From positions 1 through 64,000 of the forward strand of contig DF237047.1 of NCBI GenBank assembly GCA_000708835.1: a stretch of DNA of 64,000 bases. Direction: 5' to 3'. Within the stretch, counting starts at the first letter, position 1, and every line of letters begins with the position of its first letter. The notes beneath the pieces are model-generated. The model made no database searches and was not told where the DNA came from. It saw only the letters and a program-made list of their open reading frames with translations. Below, one piece after another: positions 61,155 through 64,000 of the stretch. Made by a program: the position numbers and the translations under genes. Source of the stretch: Klebsormidium nitens (taxonomy: Eukaryota > Plantae > Klebsormidiophyceae).

Positions 61155-63769
61155 TTGGCTGCACTTGCACAGAAACTTGGAAGTGTCCATGCAACATGGG
61201 CGGTCCTTTCTACTGCTCCTCCGTCTGTAGCCTTAGGTTTGTTCAGAGCTGAAGCTGACAGATCTTCCAAAAGCTCGTTCCTCGTCAGAAAGGATGCCAA
61301 GTCCACACAGCTGTGCTGCTCCAAAACCTTCTGCCAGCCTGCAGATCAGCTGAAAGTCCCACATGATAATGCCAGTGCTGCGATGAAGACCCTCGGCTTG
61401 AAGAGGAGCCTCTTCAACCAGTGGCGCAATCGCCTGACCTACAGCGTTGTCGCCACAGGCCTGCTGCTTCTCTTCATAAGCAATGACTGGGTGAATGCTG
61501 CCGCCTGGGCTCATGATGCCAAGGGCGCTTTGAAGGAGACAGTGCAGACTTTCACTAAATCAAGGAGTCTGTTGAGAAATGGGAAGATGCCTTTCCTTGA
61601 AGGGAGTAACAACGAAAAGTTTCACTTTGCACCACCATCCAGCCTGGAAGATTGGGACTGCCCCCCAATCCCTGCATTCTCCCGGCGAGTGGGCCTTAAT
61701 CCAGGTAAGATTGGATGCAGTTGTTCGCCAGGGCCCAAAATCCCCTGTTCGCCGTTGTTTCTAACCAAACCCTCGAGCTTCTGAGAAATGTTAACAAGAG
61801 GGCCACAAGCAAGTCCGAAACACATCAAGCCGTCAGGCGTCTCAATTCAAATGCCACCACTCTTTGACTTTGAATGCTGAGAGGGTCCTTCTGTTTCATC
61901 TTTGCTAAGCCACCGAGCAACTGGTCAAGTGCTAGCAAGGCACAGGGTATCCGAGTAAACGTGTACAACATCAAGACCCAGGGGGCCTACTATATTCCAA
62001 TTGGGGCGTGCTGTCACAGATAAGGGTAAATCTAGAGAGAGAAGCATATTGGAGAATAAGACAATCACACCACCATTTTCTCAACGCTTACAGGGGTAGT
62101 CTCAGTTGTACGCAGCTGAGGGCCTGTCTGTAGGGTGACTGTATTAATCACCCCCTGATGATGATATATGCAACTCTGCGTTCCCTGGTCACAAAAAGAC
62201 GTTGATTGGTTGAAGAGAATGTCGCTTCAAGGTTTGTTCAGCAGTTTCTGGAATCATCTAATCACTTGTGGGCCCCTTCCTTGCCAGGATCAAATGTCGT
62301 TTTCAATAGAAAGTAGTTGTCATATCGTCGAAACCCGTGGATTTCGCACCGAATGCATTTCAGACTAGCGCTGCAGAATCTTGTCCCTGCTGTGGACTGG
62401 CCGAGTACGAAGATTCTCGCTTCCTCTTTTGAGAAAACTTTTCTACCTGAACCTTGCACAAACCACCTTCGTGCTGATTGAGGTTCTTCCATTGAGAGGA
62501 ACTTCTATTCTCGTCAGAAAGTTTCTGTCTGTTTGAGAACCTTCGTGCTCAGCATACTTCCATTTGTTTGCAGAAAAGTACCTGTTGTTGGGCCAGATCA
62601 ATGAACAGCTGACCAAGTCGACGCGCCACCTCGCGGAGTTTATCGTGCTCGCGCGCAGCCTGAACCGCACTTTGGTTCTCCCTGAGGTCGGGGAAAGCGA
62701 GATCGGGATGCAACGAAGCAAGCCCTTCTGTACATACTTTGACGTGCACCGCTTGGGACAGTTCGTGGACTGGGTAAGTCCCGAGCAATTCATCTACGAC
62801 ACTCGGAGCAGGCTCAACAGCGGTCTCGACATGAGCACCGTCAGAAAGTTTTGGGCAGACGCGCGCAGCAAGGCCGTCCGCTTTGCGTTCGATGTCGAAT
62901 GGCAACGGCCCGAGACACTTCCGTTAGGAGAGTACGACTGGCTAGAAGACGGCGTTTTAGAATCGGACCAGTTGCTGGGCCAGAACAAGCCCTCGGGGGG
63001 CGTACTCGTTCTCAAAGGGCCGGAGGACTTCTGCGGGCTGCGAGTGAAGCCGTTTCTCTGGTTTCGCATGCAACAGCTGTTAGACTCAGAAACGGTGATC
63101 TGTATAAACGAGCCGAAGTTTGGGGCGCCGGGGGCGCTCGACCGGTCGCTTGAGAGAGTCGTGGAGACTGCGGAAAGGTACCTCGGAGAGCTTGATGTGG
63201 TGGTCGGGGTTAAGAACCGGGCGTACAATCTGTTCTTCCCGAAGGAGGCGGTGAAAGAGGCGCTGCAGTATGTGCGACCGGCGCCCCAGGTGAGGGCCGA
63301 TTGTATCTCGCTCTAGTTTCTGCTCAAGGACGGCCGACTTCCTGAAAGCAATCCGAAGCTACTTAGGAGTTAGTCAGAAGATTTCAAGTTAAACGAAGCA
63401 CGTGGAAATCCACGTCTTGGCCTTCTGCTGGCTGTGTCTCGATCAGGAGATCAGAGAAGTATCCATCAGGCAAAAGACAGTTTGTTTTTCACCTGCTGTG
63501 TTCCAACCGTGGAATCACCGTTCTCAACCTTCTACTCGGATACCCTTCTTCCTATCCATCTCCCGGCAGAATACCGGATCTGAAGCTTCTCGCTGGCCGC
63601 CGAAAGCACGCAGCCAAACTCGTTCCTTCTCACCTTGAACAGATCCTGAAAAATGCGGGGCGGTTGAAAGAGTGGCTGGGGGAGCGGTATGTGGCGGTAC
63701 AGTGGCGAATAGAAAAGTGCCTCATGAGGGACGACTGCGACGAGGGGGTCCTCCGCAAGTGCAGCCAAG
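61155..63769 (+). CDS. O-fucosyltransferase-family (GT-B, O-FucT-like) type II membrane protein, partial; exons 61155(or 61383)-61704, 62574-63289, 63643-63769, continuing beyond the window
   Basis: Single TM segment (LTYSVVATGLLLLFIS), then KYLLLGQINEQL...LARSLNRTLVLP, PFCTYFDV and YVAVQWRIE, resembling the O-FucT motifs LA..LNRTLVLP and Y.AVHWR.E. Confidence 0.7.
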
Positions 63770-64000
63770 GTGAGACCGGATCATCCCCGGCGAAACGCCC
63801 GGTGCCTCCTCTTCTTCTGCATCGGCTGGTCGTGCGCTATCGAAACTTTGAATGTGACGACGGCCGGAGTAATGGAAGTGCCGAACTCGTGCACTGCCAA
63901 TGCGCGCAGCCTGAGGTTTTCAAGCGGACAACGGTCGAAAGCCTTGTCTCGTGAGGAAAAGCTAGCGCTCAGAGCAGAAAGTTTTGAGCAGAGCAGCAAC

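Overview
Eukaryotic, intron-rich nuclear scaffold with two N gaps. The gene set (RUNKEL/ULK4, SPIKE1-type DOCK GEF, PsbR, mitochondrial-type L20, LHCBM-like LHCII) indicates a streptophyte, most likely a Klebsormidium-like charophyte alga (inference, no search run). I reconstructed 11 genes by hand from GT/GC-AG signals and reading-frame continuity: 14-3-3, RBM7-like RRM protein, organellar L20, TBCC, RUNKEL, PsbR, SPIKE1-like DOCK, an inverted pair of major LHCII genes, two uncharacterised proteins, and an O-fucosyltransferase-family gene that runs off the window. A decayed LINE fragment occupies the left edge. The most unusual signal is a recurrent intronic 'exon echo': at least 11 diverged copies of exon edges (27-85 nt), in three genes, always in the intron adjoining the source junction. 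Several are recoded largely at synonymous positions, and two offer in-frame alternative splice sites. Other points of interest: C-to-G polarity across exons, a 1-nt frameshift and a probable GC-AG intron in RUNKEL, a dense GTAC array, exon-restricted near-identity of the LHCII pair, LHCII proteins without the usual N-terminal phospho-segment, and a candidate poison exon. All counts and coordinates were made by eye.
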